From: Gemmatimonadaceae bacterium
Lineage (GTDB): Bacteria; Gemmatimonadota; Gemmatimonadetes; Gemmatimonadales; Gemmatimonadaceae
Reading direction: 5' to 3'
Length of the DNA stretch: 64,000 nucleotides
Assembly: GCA_044224875.1 (NCBI GenBank)
Contig: JBGAJQ010000011.1
Coordinates: 32,001 to 96,000, forward strand
Below the pieces are notes generated by a model. It was not told the DNA's origin and did not search any database. It worked only from the letters and a program-made list of their open reading frames with translations. Within the stretch, counting starts at the first letter, position 1. Every line of letters begins with the position of its first letter. Position numbers and translations under genes: made by a program. Below, one piece after another: positions 39,880-49,791 of this stretch.

Positions 39880-40812
39880 CTACCTACGGGTCGAGTCCAA
39901 GTCTCGGGCGACGCGCAGGCCGATTGAGTCGTCTCGATGGGTCGGAGCGTAGGGGAATCGCTCGGCGGTACGAAGGTTGTGGGCCAACGTGCCCCAGGAC
40001 CCACCTTTCGCTATTCGCCTGTCGCAGGGCACTTCTGGGGACTCCGCCAGACCGTTGGCGTTCAGGTGCTCATGCGAAGGCGTGTAACAGTCGGCCACCC
40101 ACTCGCTAGTGTTGCCGATCATGTCGTACACACCGAACTTGTTAGGCAGTAACGCGCCCACGGGATTCGTGTGCATCCAACCGTCACGACATGGAAGAGG
40201 GTCAAACACCGGATACGCCGATGTGTCGATGGGTCGGTACTCTTCCCAGATCGTCTCGTCGAAACCATTGGCGAAGCGGCACCCCTTGGACGCATCGTCG
40301 CCCCACGGGAAGAGGGTGCGGACACCCGCCGCGGCCACGTACTCCCATTCGACCTCGCTCAGCAACCGGTAGCCGCCGGCGGTGACGGTGTTCAGCCACG
40401 TCACGTAGGCGACCGCGTCGTCGTAGCTGATGCACACGACTGGATGATCGTCCGCCTGCGTGAACCCTGGGTCCAGAAACGTGGTCCCGCCGTCGTATTG
40501 CCAGTCGCCGCGTTTGACACGATCGGTGAGGCAGTTCCCGCCAACCGCATGATTGGTGGCTTTGACGAACGCCGCGTACTGACCTCGCGTGATCTCGAAT
40601 CGGCTCACAGCAAATGGGCGTACGATCCGAATGACGCGTCTCGGCAACTCGTCGGGGCGCTGGTAGCGCGCACCCTCGACGGAACCGAATGTCGCGTTCC
40701 CGGGCTGGATCCGCTGCATCGCAGGGCAGCTCGAACACACCGGTTTGATTGGGACGCGCGCGTTCGCGCAGCCCAGGAGCGGCAACACGAACGCCAAAAT
40801 GGAAGCCCTCAT
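39880..40812 (-). CDS. FGE-sulfatase (SUMF1) fold lipoprotein
   Basis: FEITRGQY, HPVVCIS, YRLLSEVEWEY, YDMIGNTSEW, KGGSW, IGLRVAR; lacks the FGE catalytic Cys pair. Confidence 0.9.
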   Translation of the reverse strand: MRASILAFVLPLLGCANARVPIKPVCSSCPAMQRIQPGNATFGSVEGARYQRPDELPRRVIRIVRPFAVSRFEITRGQYAAFVKATNHAVGGNCLTDRVKRGDWQYDGGTTFLDPGFTQADDHPVVCISYDDAVAYVTWLNTVTAGGYRLLSEVEWEYVAAAGVRTLFPWGDDASKGCRFANGFDETIWEEYRPIDTSAYPVFDPLPCRDGWMHTNPVGALLPNKFGVYDMIGNTSEWVADCYTPSHEHLNANGLAESPEVPCDRRIAKGGSWGTLAHNLRTAERFPYAPTHRDDSIGLRVARDLDSTRR

Positions 40813-41063
40813 GCGCGAGGATAGCTCACTGCATGTCGCCAATGCATCCCTTACGGGACGAACTGCTTCGCCGGGATGCGAATACCTCCCGTGAAGCTCC
40901 GAGCAGCAACGTAGCGATACCTTGGCACCGTCGACTGGATGCGAAAGCAGGGGCGGGACGAGTGAGAGTAGCGCTTGTGCGAGGTGCCTTGACGAGGTCG
41001 ACGGCGCGCCTGATGTTAGCGTGCCGGTCCGACGACCAGCTCGAACAACCCCTCGGAGGCAAC

Positions 41064-41435
41064 ATGGGCAACAACCCCACGATGAAGTCGGCCCTGGCCG
41101 GCGTTGTGCTGCAAGCGGTCATGGTCATGATCGGCAAGGCCGTCCCGTCGATCGGACAGATCCCGAACTTCTACGCCATCTGTGGCACGATCCTCTCCGT
41201 TGTCACGGGGGTCGTTCATGCGAAGTTCGCACCGAGTGCTCAAGGGACGCAGGCAGCGATGGGAGGCGCCATTGCCGGCGGCACCAGCAGCATCCTCGGC
41301 GGAGCGTTTGCAGCCGCAACGGGTCAGTGGCCGGGATTCCAGGCCGTGCAGCTGCTGTTCCCCTTTCTCTCCGGCGGCGTCGGTGGAGGCATCGGGGCCC
41401 TACTCGGGCGCATGCTGCCAGGGAACGCTCGCTAG
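41064..41435 (+). CDS. Gly-rich small membrane protein
   Basis: RBS ggagg; four hydrophobic GxxxG-rich segments. Confidence 0.75.
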   Translation: MGNNPTMKSALAGVVLQAVMVMIGKAVPSIGQIPNFYAICGTILSVVTGVVHAKFAPSAQGTQAAMGGAIAGGTSSILGGAFAAATGQWPGFQAVQLLFPFLSGGVGGGIGALLGRMLPGNAR

Positions 41436-41503
41436 GATCTCCTCGAGTCGACGCGCCCCCCGCCCCTTGGCATCCGAACCATCGACCCGCAGGAGCCTTG
41501 CTG

Positions 41504-41845
41504 ATGGCGTACGACGAACAACTCGCTGAGCGAATTCGCTCCGCTCTCGCAGGCAACCGACACGTGACCGAAAAGAAGATGTTCGGTGGCATCGCCTTTC
41601 TTCGGAAAGGGCTGATGTTTGTCGGTGTGTCGAGTGACTCGCTGATGGCACGTGTGGGCAAGGAGCACCACGCCGACTCCATCAGCCGAAAGCATGTTCG
41701 GCCAATGGACTTTACGGGCAAGCCCATGCAGGGCTACGTGTACGTTGACGCCCCGGGCCTCAAGACGGAAGCGCAGCTCCGCTTCTGGCTCGAACGCTGC
41801 GAACACTTCGTCTCCACGTTGCCACCGAAGAAGAAGAAACCGTAG
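41504..41845 (+). CDS. TfoX N-terminal domain protein
   Basis: MAYDEQLAERIR, EKKMFGG, MDFTGKPMQGYVYV. Confidence 0.9.
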   Translation: MAYDEQLAERIRSALAGNRHVTEKKMFGGIAFLRKGLMFVGVSSDSLMARVGKEHHADSISRKHVRPMDFTGKPMQGYVYVDAPGLKTEAQLRFWLERCEHFVSTLPPKKKKP

Positions 41846-41961
41846 CGCGCCTGGATCTGAGCCGTATCGTTGGGATGGTTGTCTCTACCAAGACGCGAGC
41901 AAGGACGCACGTTCGTTAGTCTTCGAGATCTCCGCCAGGCTCCGGTCGTTCACGGTGTTCG

Positions 41962-42354
41962 TTAGATCGGCGTGGAAACTCCGAGCTTGAACCCGTCCAG
42001 GTCGTTGAACTGGAACATGCGCGCACCCCACGGCCGGTCCGCCGGTTCACTCAGGAGTTTGCCGCCAGCTGCCTTGATCCGTGTGGCCGTCGCGTCCACG
42101 TCCGCCGGACTGGCGACGTTGATCTGCAGGTAGAAACCCTGCCCCTTGATCCGATCCCAACCGAGCTTGCCATCGTCCTGATTCAGGACGATGCGGCAAT
42201 CGCCGGCGGCGATCACGGCCCCAGATACCTTGCCTGCCGTCTCGAACTGATTGAGGACGGTGAATCCAAGGGCGTCGCGGTACCAGCGGATGGATGCTTC
42301 AATGTCCTTGCACGTGAGGGAGCAGCCAAGGTTTGTTGCGTTGAACGTGGACAT
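41962..42354 (-). CDS. VOC/glyoxalase family protein
   Basis: WYRDALGF, PWGARMF, DLDGF. Confidence 0.88.
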   Translation of the reverse strand: MSTFNATNLGCSLTCKDIEASIRWYRDALGFTVLNQFETAGKVSGAVIAAGDCRIVLNQDDGKLGWDRIKGQGFYLQINVASPADVDATATRIKAAGGKLLSEPADRPWGARMFQFNDLDGFKLGVSTPI

Positions 42355-42465
42355 GGCGCGCGAGGGTAAGGGATGCGGTAAGGGGGAGGGCGGAAATCCT
42401 AAGGCCCGATGCAGACGTGCGCTACTGGCTCCCAGCGCCCGGCGCTCCCGTCCTCGACGACGCGC

Positions 42466-44331
42466 TTAGCCGAGCGTCCGTGCGGCGCGCTCTACCTCGT
42501 CACGGGCGGTGACGAGGCGATCCACTTCATTCGACAGGTCGATGACCATCGCCAGCTGCGTCGTCAAGCGTTCCACGCTCACAGAGCCGGCGTGCAAGCG
42601 CAGCAGGTCGAGCCGAATCGTCTCGAGGGCCGTCACGGTATCAGCGAGCTTCGCCTGCACCTGGTCGAGCATCGCGCGCAGGTCCGCGAAGGCGGAGTCG
42701 TCGTCCGCGCTCGTCTCGCCCAGTGCCTGCTGCAACTCGTCCCGTCGTTCCCGCAGCCGACGGGCGGCATCCTGCATGTGACGCAGTCGAGCGGGCACGT
42801 CGCCAAGGGACGATCGGACCTCGGACGAGAGTGAAGCAAAGAGCTGCTCCGCTGCCATGCCTAACGCAAGTTCTGTTGGCCGGTGGGTGACCGGCGCGGG
42901 CCGGACTCGCGAGCCGAGCAGCTTCCCGGCGATGGCGAACGCGGCGCGACCTGTGCGACCGAGCCAGACCTTCGACCAGAAGCCAGTGTCGACGTCCTCG
43001 TACCGGCCCTTAAGGTGTATGAGGCCCAGCGCACCGAGCATGCCGGCGCCCATCGACAGCGCGCCATAGGTGATCGCACTTCCTCCGAGCATGCCGGTCA
43101 ACCCGGCCGCCAGCGTAGCTGCGCCAGCGAATCCAGCAACACGCGCGCCCACTTCGAGCGCCTGTTCGAGGCGGCCGCGTCGCACCTGCCGCGTGACTGA
43201 CAGCTCCTCACTCGCTTGTTCGAGCTCGCGGCGAAAGGCAGGGCCAATGTCGGCGTGCGCAAACCCGAGCGCCATGAGTCGTCGAGCGGCAACCACGAAG
43301 TAGGTGAATGGCAGCACGAGGCCGCCAACACCTAACGTCACCCATCCAGCGTCTGCGCCGTAGAGGCTGCCGGCCGTGATGGCTGCCGGGAACAGCGCCA
43401 AGCACGCGATGAGCGTCCCGCCGCCGTTCAACCTGGCTTGACGCTTGACAAAGGCGCGCAGCGCGGCGGGGAGTTCACGACGCTGCTCCAAACTCGCATT
43501 CAGTTCTTCCGCGAGAGCCTGTGCCGTCCCGGGACGGCGCGCCGGATCCTTCGAGAGACAACGATCCACAAGCAGTGCCATCTTCCGCGGAACGGTCGAG
43601 ACGACTCCCGACAGCTGCGGCGGTGCTTCCGTGATATGACGCGCAAGCAATTCTGTCGTGGTCCCGCCTTCGAATGGCAGGCGACCAGAGCACATGAAGA
43701 AGGCGGTCGTACCCAGGCTATACAGATCGCTCCGCGCGTCCACCGGTTTTCCCAGCGCCTGTTCTGGGCTCATGTAGTCAGGCGTGCCGGTAACAACGCC
43801 GATGTCATCATCACCAGCGATGCCGGCGATGCCAAAGTCGGCGACGAGCACTCGTCCGGTTGACGATTCGAGCAGGATGTTTTCCGGCTTGATGTCTCGG
43901 TGGACCACACCCTCGCCGTGCGCGTATGCGAGTGCCCACGCAACGTCGCGCAATACGCGCACCGCTTCACCCGCGGGAAGTGGCCCTCGCGTGCGCACGC
44001 GGTGCTGCAGTGTCTCGCCATCAATGAACGCCATCACGAAGAACACGAATCCCCCGATCTCCTCGACCGCGTGGATGGGGATGATGTTCGGATGCGAGAG
44101 CCTTGCGGCGAGTCGCGCTTCGCGCAGGAAGCGGTCGCGCAGCGTCTGGTCACTCGCCAATTCCGGCGGGAGCATCTTGATCGCAACCAAGCGGTCCAGA
44201 TGGACTTCGCGTGCGAGGTAGACGATGCCCATGCCCCCGCGCCCCAGTTCGCGGTCGAGGGAGTACTTGCCGGCCAGCGCCTGCTGGAAGGCAATGAAGA
44301 GGGGGTCGACGGGTGTCGTGGCGAGGCGCAT
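42466..44331 (-). CDS. Ser/Thr protein kinase with four TM segments and a helical C-terminal domain (paralog of 23289..25205)
   Basis: GRGGMG, HRDIKPEN, DFG, GTPDYMSPE; shared IRLDLLRL.AG motif. Confidence 0.95.
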   Translation of the reverse strand: MRLATTPVDPLFIAFQQALAGKYSLDRELGRGGMGIVYLAREVHLDRLVAIKMLPPELASDQTLRDRFLREARLAARLSHPNIIPIHAVEEIGGFVFFVMAFIDGETLQHRVRTRGPLPAGEAVRVLRDVAWALAYAHGEGVVHRDIKPENILLESSTGRVLVADFGIAGIAGDDDIGVVTGTPDYMSPEQALGKPVDARSDLYSLGTTAFFMCSGRLPFEGGTTTELLARHITEAPPQLSGVVSTVPRKMALLVDRCLSKDPARRPGTAQALAEELNASLEQRRELPAALRAFVKRQARLNGGGTLIACLALFPAAITAGSLYGADAGWVTLGVGGLVLPFTYFVVAARRLMALGFAHADIGPAFRRELEQASEELSVTRQVRRGRLEQALEVGARVAGFAGAATLAAGLTGMLGGSAITYGALSMGAGMLGALGLIHLKGRYEDVDTGFWSKVWLGRTGRAAFAIAGKLLGSRVRPAPVTHRPTELALGMAAEQLFASLSSEVRSSLGDVPARLRHMQDAARRLRERRDELQQALGETSADDDSAFADLRAMLDQVQAKLADTVTALETIRLDLLRLHAGSVSVERLTTQLAMVIDLSNEVDRLVTARDEVERAARTLG

Positions 44332-44416
44332 GAGGTCACGGACTTAACGACGGAGGTGGGCTTGGCGTCACCGGGCGCCGGGTGATGACGGGGTACAGTC
44401 CACCAATACGGCAGGG

Positions 44417-44794
44417 TTGTTGTCGTTTGATCGCGTGTTGCAGGACACGTTGCCAGACCTGACGACCTCGAATGCATTCACGCAGACGGGTCGGCTTCAG
44501 CCGGAGTTCGACTTCAGCTTCGTCTACGGAAAGCAGCGCTCGGTGTTCACCTTGCGAACACTCATTCGCGAGGACCGCTCACCGAACATGCTCCGCTCGG
44601 GGTTCATCCGTTGGGATGGGTCGGCGACGGCGTGCGGCGCCAGCCTCAACTGCCAGGGACCGGTGCCGTCGAAGGCGAACGCTCCGAACGCGCTCGTGAT
44701 GCGACTGATCAGCGGGTACTCGTTCAGCCAGAACATCTACGGTTGCAACTGCAACCCGCTGACGCCGCAGATCCCGTGCATGATGTTGCCGTAA
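44417..44794 (+). pseudogene. Probable C-terminal gene fragment, Cys-rich tail
   Basis: Coding-like codon usage but no ATG or RBS, and an in-frame stop at 44345. Confidence 0.4.
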
Positions 44795-44854
44795 GGAGCG
44801 GTTGGGACGCGAGAGTCTTTTCGGCGCTTTTGGGAATCCGTATTGCGGACGACT

Positions 44855-46969
44855 CTATGGAACGTAGAGCGACCTCACATCAGCCAATGTAAGTTGTCGA
44901 TCAAAGATCATCATCTCATCGATGATTCCCTTGAGTTGCTCAATTGGCTTGCTGCAACATCCGACCATGAGAGACGATCCGACGGGTGATGAAGCAGCTT
45001 CGGACGGAAGCTGAATCAGTAGTTGATCATCAAGGTAGATACTTCGTCCTGTTGGAGACCAGGAGAAGGTGTACATGTGCCAGTTGGTGAAGCCGTACGC
45101 AGCAACCGGCACAGAGGAATTCGTCGCGTCACCGCCGTTGATGGTGAAGTAGAATCGATCGAGTATCGGGGTTCCTGTTGGACCGGCGAACTGAGCGCGC
45201 ATCTGCGGAGGGTTACCGGTTGGTCCGACCTTTGCGAAGATGCTGTACTGAGACTGTGTATCCGTCAGCTTCAACCACATCACAATTGATCCACTTGGAC
45301 GCGCGTCGGTCACGACTGCGGGAATGTTGACTTGATCGGTGCCGCCATTGAGCAGCAGCGCACGGGCCGCATTTCCATGACGGTCCGTCGCAGCAGCGCC
45401 GCCGACCAAGATTGCATCGAAGCCATTGCCGCTTGCGTCGGTGCCGTTCCCATCGAGAGAGTAGTGGGCCAGCAATCCAACGGCGGGTATCGAGCATACT
45501 ACCGTGAGGTTCACCACGGTGCTCGTATTCGGAGCCACAAGCACGGCCTGCGCTCCAGGATTCGTGCAACCGGCTGGAAGAGAACTCAGGGTCAAGGTCT
45601 GCGTGCCCGACGGCACGCTCGCCAAATCGTAGGCCCCCAGGGTGTTGGTCTGTGTTGATCCCGCCCCTGTCACGTTCACCGTCACGGCGCCCAGCGGCGC
45701 GCCCATTGTGGAAGACACGGTGCCCCCAACCGATCCGAAACCCGCCACTGCTGTAGCGGTGAAATTGACCGCGCTGAGCGTTCCGTATTGAACCCTAGAG
45801 GATAGAATCTGCGTTCCTACCTGCGCTCCAAGGGTCCAGCTTGTTCTCGCCAACCCCTGGTTGTCAGTAGTGACAAGTGACGGGCTGACTGCGCCACTCA
45901 ACGCGCCCGGAGTGAAGGCGACCGAGACACCTGCCATTGGTGCGTTGGCTGCGTCACGCACGCTCACGACGATTGGCTGTGGAAGCGTGGTGCTAACCAT
46001 ACCGGTTTGTAGATTACCGGACTCGCTGAATATCGGTACCGGCAACCGAATAGCCGTGACGACCACTGTCGCCTGAGACACACTCATTTTGCTCTGGTCG
46101 GTGACCCAGAGATTGACGATGGGGAGCATCGGCCTAGAGGGCCAATGGAATGTCGCGTTAGCCGATGGCCACACGGACGGAGCGAAGCCAATGTAGTTTG
46201 AACCAGATTTGTAGAACGACTGGGCGAGTACAGATCCCGCTTGGTAGCGGAAGCCGAGACGAGTCGGACCGGCGAAACGACTGGGGGAGATGTTCGACGG
46301 CTTGCAATTCGGCGAAGGCAAACATGGCCCTCCCCAGTAGATCGGAGGCGGTGTAGGAGAGATTGGATCGTCGGGCCAGACGACGTACTGCAGAATCTGG
46401 GTCAAATTTGGGTTGCCCCACCTACTGACTTCGATATCGATCTCGTTGGTGCCTCCAACCGGTGAAGGCTCGTATGAGTAGAGGCTGAAGACCGCACCGT
46501 CCGGCAACGTGCCGAGTCCGGACTGCACGTCGATTGCATAGTCGCCGAAACCGAGTAAGGCGTTCCCAGACGCCGTTGTCAGCTGAAGCTCGGGGGCGTA
46601 CCACTTACCATTTCGCAGTGCAACCGAGAGCTGCAGTTGCTGCTGCGCACCGACTGTTACGATTTTCGATAGGCTTGTATCGCAGCTCCACTGGGAATCC
46701 TTCATGTTCGGCGAATCCGGCGGTGGTACCTTCCAGGCAAATCCCGAGAACGCTCGGTCGCAGGACGATCCCTGCGCACTCGGCGAGAGGTCGCGACTCG
46801 CTATGGTCTCCGAGTGGTCAGCCAAGCTGTCAGCCGGCGAAACGCTACACGCGAACGTTGCAGCGACTCCTACGTACAACCAAAGTCGTGTAACTAAATT
46901 TGAAGCCGCCCTGTAACGGACCGACGTGATCAGCCGTGGCCCCCAGATGGGTCGCCTGTTTCGCATCAA
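44855..46969 (-). CDS. Secreted modular protein: GH16-like domain, Ig-like domains, LamG domain
   Basis: EIDIE motif (NEIDIEVSRWG); TTDNQGLARTSWTLG; LLAHYSLDGNGTDASGNG...GIIDEMMIFDRQLT; AT-richer than flanks. Confidence 0.8.
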   Translation of the reverse strand: MMRNRRPIWGPRLITSVRYRAASNLVTRLWLYVGVAATFACSVSPADSLADHSETIASRDLSPSAQGSSCDRAFSGFAWKVPPPDSPNMKDSQWSCDTSLSKIVTVGAQQQLQLSVALRNGKWYAPELQLTTASGNALLGFGDYAIDVQSGLGTLPDGAVFSLYSYEPSPVGGTNEIDIEVSRWGNPNLTQILQYVVWPDDPISPTPPPIYWGGPCLPSPNCKPSNISPSRFAGPTRLGFRYQAGSVLAQSFYKSGSNYIGFAPSVWPSANATFHWPSRPMLPIVNLWVTDQSKMSVSQATVVVTAIRLPVPIFSESGNLQTGMVSTTLPQPIVVSVRDAANAPMAGVSVAFTPGALSGAVSPSLVTTDNQGLARTSWTLGAQVGTQILSSRVQYGTLSAVNFTATAVAGFGSVGGTVSSTMGAPLGAVTVNVTGAGSTQTNTLGAYDLASVPSGTQTLTLSSLPAGCTNPGAQAVLVAPNTSTVVNLTVVCSIPAVGLLAHYSLDGNGTDASGNGFDAILVGGAAATDRHGNAARALLLNGGTDQVNIPAVVTDARPSGSIVMWLKLTDTQSQYSIFAKVGPTGNPPQMRAQFAGPTGTPILDRFYFTINGGDATNSSVPVAAYGFTNWHMYTFSWSPTGRSIYLDDQLLIQLPSEAASSPVGSSLMVGCCSKPIEQLKGIIDEMMIFDRQLTLADVRSLYVP

Positions 46970-47326
46970 TTCTTTACTCCTTCGCAGTGCTGAATGTTTA
47001 GGCAGACTAGTTGGACAGCGTCAGAGAGCCGTCAGATCGTCCGCTTCCTCCCTTGGCGAGCTGTCCAATGGGCGCATCCTCGACAATCGTGGACGGCGGC
47101 GAGGCCAGCGGCAGCACAGGACGTGAGGAGGCACAGTACTCAGCTTTCACCTAGCGAGCCGTAACTCTCGAACCTCAAAAAGACGGGCGAGTGCTTCAAG
47201 CACTGCAGTGCAAGCGGCGTTATGGCCGCCAAGATTCGATCAGGACCTCGCTTCGATCATCGAGCTTCTGCCGACCCGTTGAAGGATCTCCGCCGAGAAG
47301 AGGAAGGATTCATCAACACACAAAGA

Positions 47327-49024
47327 ATGCTGGCCTCCGCACTGCAAACATCCTTCGACGCCATCGTCATCGGGTCCGGCATCTCCGGCGGCTGGGCCGC
47401 GAAGGAGCTGTGCGAGAAGGGCCTCAAGACCCTCGTCCTCGAGCGTGGGCGAAACGTCGAACACCTGAAGGACTACCCCACCGCCAATCTCGCGACGTGG
47501 GAACTGCCGCACTACGGTGCCACGTCGCGCGCACTCATCGCCGCGAACCCGCTCATCAGCAAGGCCGCCGGCTACGGTGAGGACACGGCGCACTTCTTCG
47601 TGAAGGACGCGGACCATCCCTACGTCCAGGAAAAGCCATTCGACTGGATTCGCGGCTATCAGGTCGGCGGCAAGTCCATCATCTGGGGACGTGCCTGCCA
47701 GCGCTGGAGCAAGCACGAGTTCGTCGCTCCTGAGAAGCTCGGCTACGGCATGAACTGGCCGATCGAGTACCACGACGTGGCCGAATGGTACTCGCATGTG
47801 GAGCAGTTCATCGGCGTCTGCGGTGCAGCTGACGGGTTGGAGGCAATGCCCGATGGCGAGTTCCTGCCTCCCTTCGACTTCAATTGTGCCGAGCAGCACC
47901 TGCGCGATGCCCTGCGGTCAAAGTACAGGGACCGGCACGTGGTGCAGGGCCGGTGGGCGCACCTGTCACAACCGAAGGAGATCCACCTGCAACAGGGCCG
48001 CGGCACCTGCCAGGCGCGCAACCTGTGCATGCGCGGGTGCCCGTTCGGCGGTTACTTCAGTTCGGTGTCGTCGACACTCCCGTGGGCCATGAAGACCGGG
48101 AACCTAACGATACGCCCGGACTCGGTGGTCCACTCGATCCTGTTCGACGAAGCCAAGGGGAAGGCAACCGGGGTGCGCGTGATCGACGCCCACACGCACG
48201 CGGTCACCGAGTATCACGCGCGTGTAATCTTTGTGAACGCCTCGGCGCTCAACTCCACGCTCATTCTCCTCAATTCCACCTCTTCCCGCTTTCCCAAGGG
48301 ACTTGGGAACGATCACGGCATCCTTGGGCACTATGTGGCCTTCCACAACTACCGCGCCGGCGCGCACGGCACCCTGCCCGGCTACGAGGATCGCTACTTC
48401 TACGGCCGCAACCCAACCGAGTGCATCCTGGTCAATTTCCGAAACCTCGGCAAACAAGACACGGATTTCGTGGGCGGCTACACCACCTTCACCGGCGGGT
48501 ACCGCACCCGTGGTGTGCCCAGCGACGCGCCGCTCGGCGGGGCGTACAAGGACGCGCAGACGAAACCCGGGCCGTGGGGCATCTATATGTATATGCAGGG
48601 CGAGACGATCTTGAAGTACGAGAACCACGTGCGCCTGCATGAGACGCTCAAGGATCCATGGGGAATTCCGCGATTGGTGACTTCCGTCGGCTACGACGAC
48701 AACGACGAGAAGATGATCAAGGACTGGCTCACGCAGTCACAGGAAATGCTGGCAGCGGTTGGCTGCACGGATATCGAGGCCCGCGACAACCATCAGGCGC
48801 CGGGGCTCGATATTCACGAGATGGGCGGATGTCGTATGGGCACGGATCCTACCACGTCCATGCTCAACAAATGGAACCAACTGCACGCGGTGCCTAACGT
48901 GTTCGTCACCGACGGTGCGTGCATGGCGTCGACCGGCAACCAGTCGCCGTCCATTCTCTACATGGCCCTTACGGCGCGCGCCGTAAACCACGCCGCTGAA
49001 GAACTCTCCAGGCAGAACATCTGA
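47327..49024 (+). CDS. GMC oxidoreductase flavoprotein (glucoside-3-/gluconate-2-dehydrogenase large-subunit-like)
   Basis: GSGISGG, CQARNLCMRGC, HEMGGCRMG; start uncertain (47222 or 47327). Confidence 0.92.
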   Translation: MLASALQTSFDAIVIGSGISGGWAAKELCEKGLKTLVLERGRNVEHLKDYPTANLATWELPHYGATSRALIAANPLISKAAGYGEDTAHFFVKDADHPYVQEKPFDWIRGYQVGGKSIIWGRACQRWSKHEFVAPEKLGYGMNWPIEYHDVAEWYSHVEQFIGVCGAADGLEAMPDGEFLPPFDFNCAEQHLRDALRSKYRDRHVVQGRWAHLSQPKEIHLQQGRGTCQARNLCMRGCPFGGYFSSVSSTLPWAMKTGNLTIRPDSVVHSILFDEAKGKATGVRVIDAHTHAVTEYHARVIFVNASALNSTLILLNSTSSRFPKGLGNDHGILGHYVAFHNYRAGAHGTLPGYEDRYFYGRNPTECILVNFRNLGKQDTDFVGGYTTFTGGYRTRGVPSDAPLGGAYKDAQTKPGPWGIYMYMQGETILKYENHVRLHETLKDPWGIPRLVTSVGYDDNDEKMIKDWLTQSQEMLAAVGCTDIEARDNHQAPGLDIHEMGGCRMGTDPTTSMLNKWNQLHAVPNVFVTDGACMASTGNQSPSILYMALTARAVNHAAEELSRQNI

Positions 49025-49130
49025 CGCCGCGCACGACGGCGTCGCCGTAGAAGGCTTTGTACTTGACCTCGACGCGAGGAACAATGTCGTGACCCGCAAC
49101 GATTGTCCCACAGTGACTCACTTCGCCGGC

Positions 49131-49715
49131 ATGACACCCTCACCTTCCCTCCGCGGGGAGACGGCGTCCGACCACTCGCTCACTCGCCGTGAGGTGATCA
49201 AGACGGCCGCCGCGCTAAGCGCGTTGGTGCTGTCCAACGCGGGACTCAGTGCGTGCGCGCCAAAGGACGCCCCAGTCCTCGCGGCGCTTTCGCCAGCAGA
49301 ACGCCAGCTGCTCGAGGACGTCGCCGACACCATCCTGCCGACCACGCCGTCCTCGCCGGGAGCGAAGGCAGCCAAGGTTGGACCGGTGATGGCGCTATTG
49401 CTCGAGGAGTGCGCAGACCCGAACGACTTGGCGCTGGTGCGAACAGGCCTCGCCGCTATCGAGCAAAGGAGCACTGAAAAGGGGAGTGGCTTTGCTTCGC
49501 TGTCGCCAACGCAGCGAGAAGGGTTGCTGCTGGTGTTCGATGCGGAAGCCAAACAGACTGGCGAGGGACACTGGTACCACGTGGTCCGCCGCACGGCGGA
49601 GCAGGCATTCTTTTCAACTGAAACGGGATTGACGAAAGCGCTGCGCTACGTGCGCGTGCCCGGCCACTTCACAGGGTGCCTTCCGTTGGAGCCGAACCAA
49701 CCAGCCTGGGGCTAG
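49131..49715 (+). CDS. Gluconate 2-dehydrogenase subunit 3 family (Tat-exported small subunit)
   Basis: TRREVIK twin-arginine, DTILPTTPSSPGA, FFSTETG, VPGHFTGC. Confidence 0.88.
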   Translation: MTPSPSLRGETASDHSLTRREVIKTAAALSALVLSNAGLSACAPKDAPVLAALSPAERQLLEDVADTILPTTPSSPGAKAAKVGPVMALLLEECADPNDLALVRTGLAAIEQRSTEKGSGFASLSPTQREGLLLVFDAEAKQTGEGHWYHVVRRTAEQAFFSTETGLTKALRYVRVPGHFTGCLPLEPNQPAWG

Positions 49716-49791
49716 GGCTCAACTCCGTCCTGACGCTCGCGGGTGAGGTGCAGATCGCGGGCGGTGAGGTCGCCCTAACGCGAGCAGAACA

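Noticed and set aside
39880..40812. True formylglycine-generating enzyme
   Set aside because: Lacks the catalytic Cys pair after KGGS, and there is no adjacent sulfatase
1551..44348. Integron cassette array, suggested by GCCTAAC/GTTAGGC-like heptamers at gene ends (9037, 19036, 25218, 28603, 32328, 41961, 44342) and cassette-like genes
   Set aside because: No integrase, no complete paired attC hairpin and mixed gene orientations. The same motif is equally common inside coding sequences, so general over-representation explains it better
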